From Setoptus koraiensis (Eukaryota; Animalia; Arthropoda), in contig CM106586.1 in the NCBI GenBank assembly GCA_048013815.1, forward strand, positions 24,469,334 to 24,533,333: a DNA stretch of 64,000 nucleotides, in the 5' to 3' direction. The notes under the pieces are model-generated. The model worked only from the letters and a program-made list of their open reading frames with translations. It ran no database searches and was not told the origin of the DNA. Both the position numbers and the translations under genes were made by a program. Position 1 is the first letter of the stretch. The number at the start of each line of letters is the position of its first letter. Shown piece by piece: positions 46,049 through 59,500 of this stretch.

Positions 46049-46380
46049 AGCAGCGGTATCTATAGCGGCGTCGGTTACTAGAATGTGCTCTACCTCAGCC
46101 AGACTTGGTTTCTTTCGCCAAGAAGGTCGTACAATCATACGATGTTACTTCAGATCAACAGATGCATTTGGACTATGGCGAACTGAACCCTTTCTCAGTA
46201 TGTGCCTCAACTTTTAAACCTATCTACAGAGGAAGACCGGAGGTCGAGTGTCCATTTTGCCAGGCCAGCTATTCAACACAATTCAAAAACACCGAATGCC
46301 GAATTTGTCATATATCTTTAGGTGGCTCCAGCTTTAGTGGTATAAACATTTCGGCTGTCCATGTACAATATACCTAGAGG
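46049..46380 (+). pseudogene. COPA: COPA duplicate fragment (C-terminus)
   Basis: Aligns to ~51337-51660 (SFAKKVVQSYD...CPFCQASYS) with a frameshift near 46068. Confidence 0.92.
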
Positions 46381-46431
46381 AAATAAAAGTATACGCGTAA
46401 GAGAGGAATCGGCATTAGAGAGCATTAAATT

Positions 46432-46857
46432 TTATTTCAATTTGTAGTTTGTCCCTATGAGTGAGTATCTATCGAATGGCAATCTAGGCCCATTGTGCGT
46501 TTTTATAGAAGGTAAGGGTAAATTGTTTTTTTCCCGGGCTATCTCCATAAGTATATCTTTGGGTGGCGGCGACGTAATTGTTTTGTCAATTTCTAAATTG
46601 ATAGCAAGTTGCAAGTCTTCAACATCGATTGTCTTCTTTTTTGCATGATCTGAGAAAATTTGTGCTTCCTGCAATACGGAGGTGACATAACGATGAGTAA
46701 ATTCCATTAGCTGGTGGATCACTCGAGGCTCGTATTCATCAATCGACATTTCTTTGAGAATAGCAGCCACAACTTGAGCATCTTTCGACATGTTTCCTTG
46801 TGAATCCTGGCGTCCAGGTTCCGTCTGATCCATCGAAGTCTGGGTTGAAGAGGCCAT
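46432..46857 (-). CDS. TAF9: Transcription initiation factor TFIID subunit 9, 141 aa, intronless
   Basis: KDAQVVAAILKEMSIDEYEPRVIHQLMEFTHRYVTSVL histone fold; PPPKDILMEIAREKN and PRLPFDRYSL motifs. Confidence 0.97.
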   Translation of the reverse strand: MASSTQTSMDQTEPGRQDSQGNMSKDAQVVAAILKEMSIDEYEPRVIHQLMEFTHRYVTSVLQEAQIFSDHAKKKTIDVEDLQLAINLEIDKTITSPPPKDILMEIAREKNNLPLPSIKTHNGPRLPFDRYSLIGTNYKLK

Positions 46858-47698
46858 GATATTTCATGAGTAAAATATCAAATTATTATCATGAGGTGTT
46901 GTTGGTCAGCGCTAGCTAAATATATAAAATAAAAGACAAACAGATTGCAGTATTTATGCCGAACACGGTGGATTCGAGTGCTATTTAGTCAACTGTAACT
47001 ACGGCGCCCTCTAGCGAAAGAATCTATACAGAGCCGGCGCTTTATGCAATCCTGTGCTTGGATCGCGCACAGAAGATCCACGCACAGCATTTTTGAGTAG
47101 GGATCTAGACGGTGCTCCTAGTGGCAAATGGTGATCTTGTGCTATGGTTATACAGTATGCGATTTTCCAACGCCTTTACACCACGTTCAAAAGAAATACA
47201 ACAGGGCGGCGCCACTAAGCTTTCTGTAAGCGGGGCAAGCGCATCAGGAGTCGTTACAGACAGAAATGCGTCTGTTGCATCGGAACGCTCGTACGCGCAT
47301 TTGGCCTGGAGCACGCTAAAGCAAGCAATCAAAAAATGAAAACATTTTATGGAACAGTCTGGCCTGGCTGCACATTTTTTGGGCGATGCCAGCGCCCCTG
47401 TTGGATTCTTCTTGAAGTTGTAACAGAATTGGTAAAACCTCACACTGCATTGATGATTCACTAAACACCGCTCAAATCCCACATATCCGGCATATATATT
47501 GCAATCTGTTTGTCACTTGTATGTGTATAGCTACCGTTACGGCCACACCAACTTCACCTTACTTTAATAATTTATTATTTGACATATGTAAAACCACATT
47601 GAGGCACTTCTTAATAGTGGTAAAATACTCCGTTTTACTCTTGTCTTCTACTGCTATTATATCGTATCTTTCTGGTTCAATATCGGATATCAGCAATC
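46858..47698. promoter_or_regulatory. Divergent TAF9/COPA intergenic promoter region with two CTCF-like motifs
   Basis: Lies between head-to-head ATGs. gcgccctctagcg (47004-47016) and cagcgcccctgttgg (47390-47404) resemble the CTCF core on the minus strand. Confidence 0.5.
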
Positions 47699-50683
47699 AT
47701 GCTCAGCAAATTTGAGACAAAATCAGCCAGAGTTAAAGGTCTCGCCTTTCATTGCAAACGGCCCTGGATATTAGCTTCTTTGCATAGTGGTGTCATTCAA
47801 CTATGGAACTATCATGATCGTACAATGATTGATAAATTTGAAGAACATGAAGGTCCTGTTCGTGGCATTGATTTCCATAAGCAACAACCCCTATTCGTAT
47901 CAGGTGGAGACGATCACAAAATCAAAGTATGGAATTATAAGACACGCCGTTGCATTTTTACGTTGTCCGGCCACAACGACTATGTCAGATCAACATTCTT
48001 TCATCATGAATATCCTTGGATATTGTCGACCAGCGATGACACAACGATCAGAATATGGAATTGGCAATCTCGAACATGCATATGCGTTCTGACTGGCCAC
48101 AATCATTATGTGATGTGTGCCCAGTTTCATCCTTGCAAAGATCTTATTGTTTCGGCAGCCATTGATCAAACCTTGAGAATTTGGGATGTCTCTGGACTTC
48201 GAAATAAGAATGTAGCTCCTGGGATGGGCGGAAGAAATGACTTTTTAGGCTCTGCCACTCTATTGTCGTCATCAAATTATAATTCTTCACCATTCGGCTC
48301 ATCCTCTTCCACCAGCGCACCTCATCCAGATCTATTTGGTCAGGCCGACGCCATAGTGAAAAATGTTCTTGAGGGTCATAACTCTGAAGTTAATTGGGCT
48401 TGTTTCCATCCCGATCCGAACACTCCACTTCTGCTATCCGGCGCGGACGATCATTATGTAAAATTGTGGCGTATGGACAAAGATCGCGTTTGGGAAGTCG
48501 ACACATGTCGTGGTCATTACAACAATGTCACTTGTGCAATATTTCATCCAAGAAAAGATCTTATATTGTCTGTTTCAGAGGACAAATCTATAAGAGTTTG
48601 GGATTTGAGCAAGCGTTCAGCCCTAAATACACACAGACGTGACACCGACCGATTCTGGATAATAGTAGCGCATCCAAGGCAGAACCTATTCGCCGCTGGT
48701 CACGATTCCGGTTTGTTACTGTTCAAGCTCGAGCGTGAGAGGCCCCCATTCGTTGTTCATGAAGATGTTATCTACTATGTAAAAGACAATTATTTAAGAA
48801 AGCTAGACATATCACAAAAATCCGAATTTGCAATATTGAGACTTCGTGGCCGCGGAGAAATAGGACATCCAATCCATAATTTACATTTCAATCCTTACAC
48901 TAAATCTATTTTAATTTCAACTCGTAGCACAACAAATGTCGAGAAGTCCACATACGACCTTTACTCCCTACCAAATGATAAAACAAGAGCTGATCAAGAT
49001 AGTAGAGCGGCAGACTCAAGGAGAGGTCAAGGATTGACAGCAGTATTTGTTGGCAGGGACAGATTTGCTGTTCTGGACAAGTCGCGCAAGTTGGTTATAA
49101 AAAATATGCAAAATGAAGATACTAAGCTCAAAAGCACAGTCAACTGCGATGAAATATTTTACGCCGGACCAGGAAGATTATTCTTGAGAGATGGGGACAA
49201 CCTAATACTTTTTGATGTGCAACAAGGAGTCTCTAAGGCAACAGTTAAAGGCCGAGCTAAATTTGTTGTTAAAAACAAAGATTCGAGCTTAATCGCAATC
49301 ATTTGCACCAATCAGATAATTATCTGTGACCGTGACTTGAAAGTTCTCAGTACAGTAAATGAAAGTGCTAAAATCAAATCTGCTGCATGGGATGAGAATG
49401 GAGTGCTTATTTATACAACACCAGTCCATGTCAAATATGCTTTGGTAAATGGAGATTTCAGCACAATTCGAACAATTGACACCACTGTCTACATCATGTC
49501 TGTAAGGGATAACGTCGTCTACTGCCTAGATAGAAACTGTGACATAAAGAGAATGCAGTTTGATCCCACTGAGTATAAATTCAAACAAGCTCTAGTTAAC
49601 CGTGACTATGAAGGGATCTTACAAATAATTCGGAAATCTAAACTAGTAGGTCAAGCGGCCATATCTTATCTACAGAAAAAGGGATACCCGGAGATCGCCT
49701 TACACTTTGTAAAAGACCAAAAGACCAGATTTTCCCTCGCTCTAGATTGTGGGAATATTGAAGAAGCGCTTTTATCTGCCCAGTCCTTGGATGAAAGAGT
49801 ATGTTGGCAGTTACTAGCTGAAGCCGCACTAATGGCTGGTAACATAAAAGTTGTAGAAACAGCATATCAGAAAACTAAAAATCTGGGCTCCCTTGCCATG
49901 TTGTACCTTGTCACGGGGAACAAAGAAAAACTAGAAGAAGTGGCCAACATGGCCCAAGAATGTCGCGACACCTCAGTTGAGTATCAAATAGCATTAGTTT
50001 TACAAGACTATCAACGTTGCGCGTGCATCTTTCGTGATTGTGACCAACTCGCCTTGGCTTACCATAGTTCTGTCAGACATGGCTTGACAGATTTGGTCGA
50101 GCAAATTGCTGAAGATTTGACCCCTGATCAGATAAGTAAACTAGGTGACGCCGACATATCCGAGCCTGTTGAATCATATAAGTCACCTGAGCCGGTCACT
50201 AAATGCCAAGAGAATTGGCCACTTCTTAATGTCTCTAGAGGATTCTTTGATGCCGCTTTGAACGCCAATAGGGAGTTGGGTAACGCAGATAATGAAGCTG
50301 GTGATGTAGAATTTGAAGAAGACGTCGATGCAGAAGAAGGAGCCTGGGGAGACGACGATGACTTCGATGATGCTCCAGAATCAATGCCTAGCAAAAAGAG
50401 CACCAAAAAGCCTCAAGAAGACCTCGATGATTTAGGTCACGATAGCGAGGAAGGGGACGAGAACGAGGGTTGGGGCCTAGATGATGGAATGGATGGATTG
50501 TTGTCGGACTTAGAATCTGATGATGACGGAGCGGTCAGCGCCAATGATACCACAAACAGGATATACTTCACACCCCCATCGATGGGCAGAAAACAAACCG
50601 ATCAGTGGACTTCTTCATCTCATGCTGTGAATCATGTGCTAGCAGGAAACTTTGAGGGAGCATTCCTTGTGCTACGCGATCAG
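47699..50683 (+). CDS. COPA: Coatomer subunit alpha, exon 1 (995 codons)
   Basis: MLSKFETKSARVKGLAFH start, WD40 repeats, coatomer WDAD region and acidic linker; donor CAG|gtaagc. Confidence 0.98.
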
Positions 50684-50799
50684 GTAAGCATAATTATATA
50701 CGCGACCTTTTCTCTTTCTAAGTTTTGATGACACATTAACTAACTCCATACCCTTCTTTTGTTACAATAAACAATAAATTTCATCTTTAATCACTTCAG

Positions 50800-51654
50800 A
50801 TTGGTCTTGTTGACGCCACCAAACTTAAGCCAATATTCCTCGAGATATTCCAAAAATCAAGATTCGCATATCGTGGATTATCACCTTACCCTAGTTTATA
50901 CACTTATGGACTACGTAATTGGAACAATCCAGAAGGGCAAGGTTCTGCTGGAGAACCAAGTGGATACTACACAAACGACGATCTTCAAGCACGCCTCAAA
51001 GAATGTTATGCTCTCACCACAGCAGGCAAATTTCCAGAGGCCATTGAAAAGTTCAGGGCGCTTATGTACACAGTGTTGTTCACGGCATGCGAAAGCAGTC
51101 AAGAAGTTGATCAGGCCAAAGATCTATTAGATTTGTGTAAAGAGTATATTGTCGGACTCATGCTGGAAGAAGAACGAAAATTAATAGCAGTCGAGGGTGC
51201 TAGCGCCGAAGATCAAAAGAGGTCATGCGAGATGGCAGCATATATGACACATTTGAAGATGACGAAGCACAAGATTTTGGTATTCAGAAAAGCTCTTAGT
51301 GTGTTCCGTAAATCAAAAGAATTCCTCAAGACTAGAGCAGCGGCATCTATAGCGCGTCGGTTACTAGAATACGCTCCACCTCAGCCTGATTTGGTTTCTT
51401 TCGCCAAGAAGGTCGTACAATCATACGATATTACTTCAGATCAACAGATGAATTTGGACTATGACGAACTGAACCCTTTCTCAGTATGTGCCTCAACTTT
51501 TAAACCTATCTACAGAGGAAGACCGGAGGTTAAGTGTCCATTTTGCCAGGCCAGTTATTCACCACAATTCAAAAACACCAAATGCCGAGTTTGTCTTATA
51601 TCTTTAGTTGGCTCAAGCTGTAGTGGTATAAACATTTCGGCTGTCCAAGTATAA
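50800..51654 (+). CDS. COPA: Coatomer subunit alpha, exon 2 (COPI_C domain); total 1279 aa
   Basis: Acceptor cttcag|ATT after a 116-bp intron. In frame with CYALTTAGKFPEAIEKF, CEMAAYMTH and CPFCQASY...CRVC; stop at 51654. Confidence 0.96.
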   Translation: MGLVDATKLKPIFLEIFQKSRFAYRGLSPYPSLYTYGLRNWNNPEGQGSAGEPSGYYTNDDLQARLKECYALTTAGKFPEAIEKFRALMYTVLFTACESSQEVDQAKDLLDLCKEYIVGLMLEEERKLIAVEGASAEDQKRSCEMAAYMTHLKMTKHKILVFRKALSVFRKSKEFLKTRAAASIARRLLEYAPPQPDLVSFAKKVVQSYDITSDQQMNLDYDELNPFSVCASTFKPIYRGRPEVKCPFCQASYSPQFKNTKCRVCLISLVGSSCSGINISAVQV

Positions 51655-51711
51655 TATATTTAGAGTAAATAAAAGTATAAGAAAGAAATCAGCATTAGAG
51701 AGCATTAAATT

Positions 51712-51905
51712 TTATTTCAATTTGTAGTTTGTCCCCACAAGTGAGAGTGTCTATCAAATGGCATTTTGAACTCATTATCTTTTTCTATAGGAGAAAAGTG
51801 CGAATGGTTTTTTCGCGGGCGATGTCCATATGTATATCAATAGTTCGGAATACTTTATTGCTCAATCGTAATCTTTTAGCCAAAAGAGTGTTCTGAGAAA
51901 TTTTT
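51712..51905 (-). pseudogene. TAF9: Decayed 3' fragment of TAF9
   Basis: agagcattaaattttatttcaatttgtagtttgtccc is identical to the TAF9 3' end at 46418-46455. The minus frame has DIHMDIAREK versus DILMEIAREK, with frameshifts and deletions. Confidence 0.85.
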
Positions 51906-52532
51906 GAGATCCCACCGGCAAATAATCACAGTTCAGAATAGACGTCAAACTTTATGCCTGTTGCTTAACATGAGTCGATTGTAGTAAATGATGGTGATGA
52001 GTATGCACTATGAACACTTGCATTTAATCGAGCTTCATCATGTTAGTGCAATGAGGGTGAACGAATAAGTTCGGAGGATTGGTCCTCATTATTATATCAG
52101 AAGTTTTATGGTATTCACTTAAAATTGATCATTATGTATTTGAATAAACAACTAACAAAGGTGAGTCGATCTATTAATAGTGATAATGCGTATTGCTTGA
52201 TCCGGGGTAAGCTCGCGCTATCGAGCGACTCGTGTTCTTGTTGTTTGTTCTTTAACTATCAGCTTACACCCGTAAAGTCGAACTTGCTATTTCAAACATA
52301 AGCAAGTCCGGAATCTACGGGTCCAAGCATCAATAGTCATATCGATGTTCTATGTCTACTATTATTAGATAGATTTATTAGAAGATGTATGTATATATAT
52401 ATATATGTGTATGTATGTGCAGAAATAATGTAAATACGTATTATTATTAATTAATTAATTGTTTGATAATAAATTTGTGTGTTAATTATCAATGTCTATT
52501 GATAATATTTAGATTACATTTGATTGTGCATA

Positions 52533-52599
52533 TGTGTGCGTGCGTGCGTGTGTGTGTGTGTGTGTGCGTGTGTGTGCGTGTGCGTGTGTGTGTGTGTGT
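52533..52599. repeat. (GT)/(GC)-interrupted microsatellite
   Basis: Direct read. Confidence 0.92.
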
Positions 52600-55500
52600 G
52601 GTGTATGGTAGCCCAAGAACGCCGATAGGAGTTGATGGACGTTAAGGGGTACCGATGGGGATGCCAATGGGATGCCTAGGGTTGTAGCTATGCTCGCTCA
52701 CTCACTCACTGATTCGCTATAACGATGTAACGATGACGGTCATTGTCCCCGTTTTAACTCTTTCGCTCTGTTCTGTTGCATGGACTCGCACTGACTCGTT
52801 CACTCTATTCCGTTGTGTTGCGTTGTGTTGCGTTGTGTTGTGCGAAGAGGGAGAGAGAGAGAGAAGAGTTAAGAAACACTAACGAAAGGAATGAAGTGAA
52901 CGAGTTAGAGCGGCAACGACGCCGACTAGACGCTGACGATGCTGCTGCCGATGGTTCAGAAACGAACGAAAGAGTTAAAATGGGGACAATGACCGAGGAC
53001 TGCACTTATTATTTATCATGGTTACATCATAAGCATTGTAATAACAATTGGCACAAAACACATACTAGTTGCTCTGCATCTCCAACCCTTCGTATCCAAC
53101 TGTGTGTGTGTGTGTGTGTGTTAGTCGCTAAGTCCGACACACACTCACACAGTGTGCAGTTGCGCAAAGTTTGTGTGTGTGAGTGTGTGCGTTGCAGTTC
53201 AACCCTTTCATTCCTACTCAAATTGCAAATGGTCGACTCGCCATTAGACTCACGCACATACTGCCGAATGGATGGTGCCACTTGCGATTCCGCAACTGCA
53301 ATTGAATTATACTGCACAGCCTTCAACAGTTCATTTTTTGATGCAACACACACACAGCGACAAAGGCTGCGAGGCTGTAAGCAAGCACAGATTACGCAAC
53401 AAGCACACAACTAACAGAGTGCACAACTACATACTGTATGTAACATACACTACATCATGTACATACAACTACATACACGCGCAGCACGGAAGCAACTGTT
53501 GAACGTTCTGTGCTTGTGTGCTGCACAGTCTCGCCAGTACAATTTAGAGCTTGGTGGCTTGATGGTAGCACCCTATAGTTGCCCATCAGGCAGGTGTATA
53601 AAATAAGTGTGCAATGTCTAATGCGCAATCTCTGTTTGTGTGTGTGTGTGTGTGTGTCCGTCCAACAGGCAGCCAGACAGTGAGGCAGACAGACGGGTAA
53701 GTAACGACAACGGACGAAGCCAGACACAGACAACACAATTTTGTGTGTGTGTGTGTGTTGGTAACGACACACTGATAATGATGATGAGTTGAGTCTAAAA
53801 CTGGACTCAGTCCAAAATAAAAGGGTTAAGTTGAGCGAGCGGCGGACAAACAATTGTGTACTTGTTGCCATCACAACTAGCGACGTAACATGTAGTTGAG
53901 TTGATATTCGCACAGTTGAGTTGCCAACACACACACACACACACACTGGACAAGGCACGTTGCACATGCTCACACAGTGACTGCATTGGAGTGGGATAGC
54001 GAACATTAGTGAACTGTATGCAAGCAAAGTGTGCTAGCAGCTGCAATGGTTCAGCCACAAGTAGTTGTGCCTGCAACAGGCTGTATACTGGCTGTATACA
54101 GGCTGTAGTAGAACAGCTACAGAGTATAGGCTACGCACACAAATGACAATCATCCAATCAGCTACTCAACTCGGGGGAAAGCAACAGTTGGTATTCCCCT
54201 GAGTGGCCTAGAAATGGGCGTGCGTTATCTAATGTGCATTTACTATGGCTGCCATAGTATGGCAGCTATAGTAGAACTATTCTGACTTGACACACACACA
54301 CTAGGCTGCGTTCTACATTTATCTATCCAATATCCACAACAGTAACGAAGATATTCACGAGTCACTACTATTCACTTTGGCCACTAACAACTAGCCAAAG
54401 CTCTCACGACAGTGAATGCGAATGAATGAGTGAATGAGCTTGCCATCGGCAGCTTGCCAGTTTGCTGCAACAAACAAATTTTGCAAATGTTGCAAAAGTC
54501 TCTTGTGCAATGTCCCATTGAGTCACTTGTTATTTGTTTATTTACAGTGTCCCGCTCGTTTTACACAAATAAAAATTATAATTATAACAAGTAAATTGAT
54601 TAAACTCTATCTATTTTATGAATATTTGCACAATCACAGTGAACTAAAAATAACAATAATAATTGTGAACGAAAATCAACGCATCATCGCTTCTTTCAGG
54701 GACACACACAAGCCAATAAGACATTGCCGCCATATTGAGGGTGGCATCGCTCAGCAGCAATACAGTTACACTGACATGTTAACTAAACTAACATTTATTT
54801 ATATATTATGAGCATATATTTATACATTATAAATTGCAAGTCTAAATAAAAGTGAGCCCTAAATAAAAACTAAGCAACTATCTCGCAGCAACTGATTATC
54901 ACTATGATATTGATGGTTTTAGTGTTAGTGTTGACTTTTATTCTATCTCTCATCATGGAATCATTCGTGTCGAATCTCACAACTTGCATCTCTCTACCTT
55001 TACCTCTCTTATACTTGCTTTAACTAACTTTTAACTCCATTTGTGTTAGCCAGTATTTAGCCAGTATATGCATTATTGCAACATATCACATTTGGGCAGC
55101 TCATTGCTCAACAATACACACATTGCTGCTTGTACCAAAGGAAAAAAGAATAATAATTGCTAGATTACTAAAACTTATATATATTATGTGGCATCAAATT
55201 CAATTCTAGTAAGTTCAAACTACTACACTGCTGCACAACAACTGCTGCTGCTGCCACCAGCAACTAGCGACTGCTAAAAACAGGGCGGTAAACGCAACTA
55301 GGCGGACTCTAAATCAAAATGGCCGACGAATAATGGTTGAGCTCGGTTGGCTGTTGCATTTGATTAGTGGGGCGTAAAGGAGAGAGAGAGAGATAAAGTC
55401 GGAGTTGGAGCTAGAGTCTCAACTGAGTTAGCTATTATCGGGTGTGTTGTAACCCTTTGAATACTTTTGCAATTTAACAACAACTCCTAGCCACACGCAC

Positions 55501-56251
55501 ACACACACACACACACACTCAACCCTTTCGTTTTCTTTTTTGTTTTTGTTTCTACACACACAATTGAGTCGCAATAGTTGAGTCAGCCATTGCTGGCGAA
55601 TGGTTGGTGTGCCCATTCTATTTGTGTGTATAACAACTAGTTATTGTTGCATTGCTAGTTATTGTCAGGCTCACTGGCACCTCTGAAACACAGACACACA
55701 CACAGACACACACACAAGTTGTGTAAAAGGTAGCTAGGTGACAGACGGACAGACAAACAAATGTGCACTAACTGCTGGCTGGTGCGTGGTTGGCCTTGGT
55801 GTATATTGGCCGTATAGGCCGTATTATTATATATATTCACTATCGTGTATTCACTATGGCATATTTAAGCGATATATATAAGTGAATATATAAGCGAGTG
55901 TTCGAATGGTTATGTTGTATGCTATAGTTGCCACTCTTTCCATGTCCTATGTACATGATAGACGGATGGTTCGGCGTATTGGTTCTATTTGGTCTCAACT
56001 GGCTCTTCTAATTGACTCAACTATCAACGAATGGCATCATACCAATGGCTGGCTTGAACTGCAGCCAGCCATACACTGACTGTATTACACTGTGTGCTGT
56101 GATAATGGACGACTCAACTAGATTTGGCCTTGGACCAAATGAGCAGACAAGCGCACCAACAGTTGCGCAACTTGTGCAGCCTTTGCCAGACGTAAAGCCG
56201 AGAGCAAAGGCTTGCAACTTGCAGCTCAACGCGGCTCGCTAATATCGCGAT

Positions 56252-56253
56252 AC

Positions 56254-56286
<33 letters not shown>

Positions 56287-56592
56287 TTGGAATACGACAC
56301 ACACACACAGGAACTTTTATCCATTATTTGGCTGTGTGTTTGCACGGCGTCTAACCCTTTGCTTTCAAGCATTTCATACTCTAGCACTGCACACACACAC
56401 ACACACACACACTCGGTGTACACGTACGGCAAACACGAAACGAATCGAGTCGAGCACACACACCTACAGTACCCTTTTTGCGTCCCCCACTACACGCTTA
56501 CACACACACTTGCACACACACACACACACACACACACTGCTGGAATACGACACACACACACTGCTGGAATACGACACACACACACTGCTGGA
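56252..56592. repeat. (CA)n tracts with a tandem ctgctggaatacgacacacaca unit (about 22 bp, 3 tandem copies plus 1 dispersed)
   Basis: Copies at ~56537, 56560 and 56585, and a variant at ~56284. Confidence 0.85.
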
Positions 56593-56599
56593 ATACGAC

Positions 56600-59500
56600 A
56601 CACACACACTTTTCCACTACATACCACTTCACCAACTACCAAAATATCATCCTAATTAATATCAACTTCTCTTTTACCTTAACTAAACTATATCCCGCTT
56701 CATACTCTATTCCACATACTCTACCCCTCATCCTTGAATTCACCTCCCACAACTATCACCCTGTTCTCTCTCTTTCCAATTCCTATTGATCTCATTCAGT
56801 CCCAAATAATATTTATCCCATCTACTATACCATAAAAACCACAAGTCTCATCACATATCGTATAACATTTTCACCCCAACTCCATATCTACATACCCTTT
56901 CACAGTCTGAATTCCCTCTAATCCCTTTTACCCACTACTGTACACATAACTTCACCCATTTTCCATTCATCACTCCCCTCCCATCACCCCGTATTCACCC
57001 CACAATTTCCTCAGAATCCACCTCACCATAATCTAGAGCTCCCCATTATTAATTAATTCCAATCCCAAAACCCCCCCCCACACCACAACCTCACTCAAAT
57101 TCTCCCAGACCTTATCACAATCATTATCAACCTATCTCTACCCTTACACCATTATCATCACCTTCTCCTCACCCCATATGACTCCCTCAGTCCAATAATT
57201 ACTATAATATATTCTATACTACTACCAACCTCATTATCTCATATCCATTTCAATTTTTTCATCTTATATATATCAAATAATACTTTTTAAAAAATCCATA
57301 TATACTATTTTTCATAAATGTTATTTATTTATATTGTTTTATATATATATAATATATATACACTAACTTCCCATCTATCACCAACTCCTTCTCTCTCTAC
57401 CTATATAAATTTTTCATAACCTAATCAACAGTCTCGATCCCACTCTACAACAACACCCCAATAAATCCATAAATCCCCTATTAGTAAGTCTACACACCCC
57501 CACTCCCAATCTTCTGCCACATTAATACACCCACTACCTTATGTCTCCACCCACTTATCCACCACCAACCTAACATCACCTCCCCCCCACTCACCACTCT
57601 ACCACTCCAACCCAATCTCACAACTCCCCCCCTGACATCTTCCAACTCCAAACAAATCAACTACTATCCTAATCTATCATCTGCTCTCGTCAAGAGTGAG
57701 AAATCATCACACTATGCTGCATTACTCACTACATGTAGACACTAGTCATCCATTATCTCTAAAACAACTCGATACTACCTTGCGTGTCGCACTAATATCC
57801 ATCAGTCCAATGTAGACCTGCACGAGTGCCCACCTGCCACACCAGCTGGATGACTAAATCATGTCTGCACTGCCGCCGCATGATAAGCGCTACAAGTATC
57901 AAGTCCCCCATCACCTCGCTCATCCTCTCCCTCCTATCTAATGCTACCTGTGCCGCATACTGCTGGGCGCCCTCTACCCGTAGTCCATCCTCTGTTATCG
58001 ATCAATGCTGTGTGGTGTGACTTCACAATTCTACTGCTTGTATCTTTCTATTTGCAACGCCTCACACCTACTCTCTCTGCACGCTGCTCTCGTCATTTCC
58101 TCGTCAGCTCACTACGCCCCCATGCCGAGCACATATGCAATCAACTGCACCCCCACCTATCGTGACTCCATGTGTACATCCGCCCTCACTGTACTCCCAC
58201 CCACTCAGTACCATCGCACCAGCGTCTAACCGTGAAGTGTTTAGTCATCTTATCCCTCTACCCTATATAAGTCATTATACTGTATCATCTGTGCTCCATA
58301 CTATGCGTGTGTATCAGAATCTCTCTCTGTACATACCAACACACTCACCTCCTCTCTCCGCTTAGTCTCCGACGATAGACGCCTAGTCACCACATTCATC
58401 CTCTCCCACTATCTTGTGTATAATACCCATCGCAAGTCCTACCCGCACAATGTGTGTGTTTCTAATATAATCTAGTCCTACCACTGTCACATACATCCTA
58501 CCACACTACACACCACGATTGCCTCTGATACAGCTTCACACAATTGAACTAATAAAACAATACAACAAAAAATCACTACACACAATGACCATTGTTAAGC
58601 CTCCGTGTCGTGACTCACTCCCTACATCGTGTCATCCTACGCCATACTACTCTATCCGACCCCCTAAACTCCGCATCACGATCTCATCACTATAAGACCA
58701 CTACTACTATATCTCTCTCCTCTATACTCTTAACTAGACTTCCCAACGACAAACTATCATCATCACTCTACTCGTGTCGCCATATCCTACTACATCTTCC
58801 TCTCCACTAACTCTCTCTTGTCTCAACTCCTCTCTCACTCACTCGCGCACCTGCTATCGCGATGTCCTATCACCGATCTCTCGATCACGATTATACTCTG
58901 ACATACCTGGTGCTATAACATCCGAGTCTACCGTGCTTCTCCTGCTGCAATGCACTGCACACGTGCTCTCACCTCTATCTTCGCTATCAAATAATTCATC
59001 ACCTCTCACTCTCTGTCCACTATACACCTACACCTCGTATGATTCCACTCTCCCCATCATCTACTCCATAGTCACCGCACTTAACTCACACACACTGATC
59101 ATACTCGCGCCCCCCCACTCGTGCGTGTGCCCTCCACACATTCTCTCCTCTCGATCTCTTATACCTACTCTCACTAAGCACAACCCCTAATCTACATTAC
59201 CCTACACCACTCACGTCACACCCTGCTCCGCCTATCACAGTCATCCCTCTCGAGCTCAGTATAAGTCCACCAGATAAGTAACCAATCATGAACTCGCATC
59301 GCTAGTGTCACCACACCATAGATATACCTACCCACCTCCATACATATATCACCACTCACCTCACCACTACCCCCTACACTCATCTATTCACTCACTGCTC
59401 ATCACCACACGCTCGTCCCAGTCAAGTCTTGTGTCTCTCTATTGTTTCCCTGTAAAACAACACAGTCAGCTCACATATCACCCCCACTAATCACTCCGCT

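Noticed and set aside
47105-47482. ORFs in the TAF9-COPA spacer
   Set aside because: No homology cues; overlapping short frames on both strands are typical of GC-richer promoter DNA.
52776-56789. ORFs rich in CVCV/HTHT
   Set aside because: Products of (GT)/(CA) microsatellites; the 56012-56242 frame looks more complex but matched nothing I recognise.
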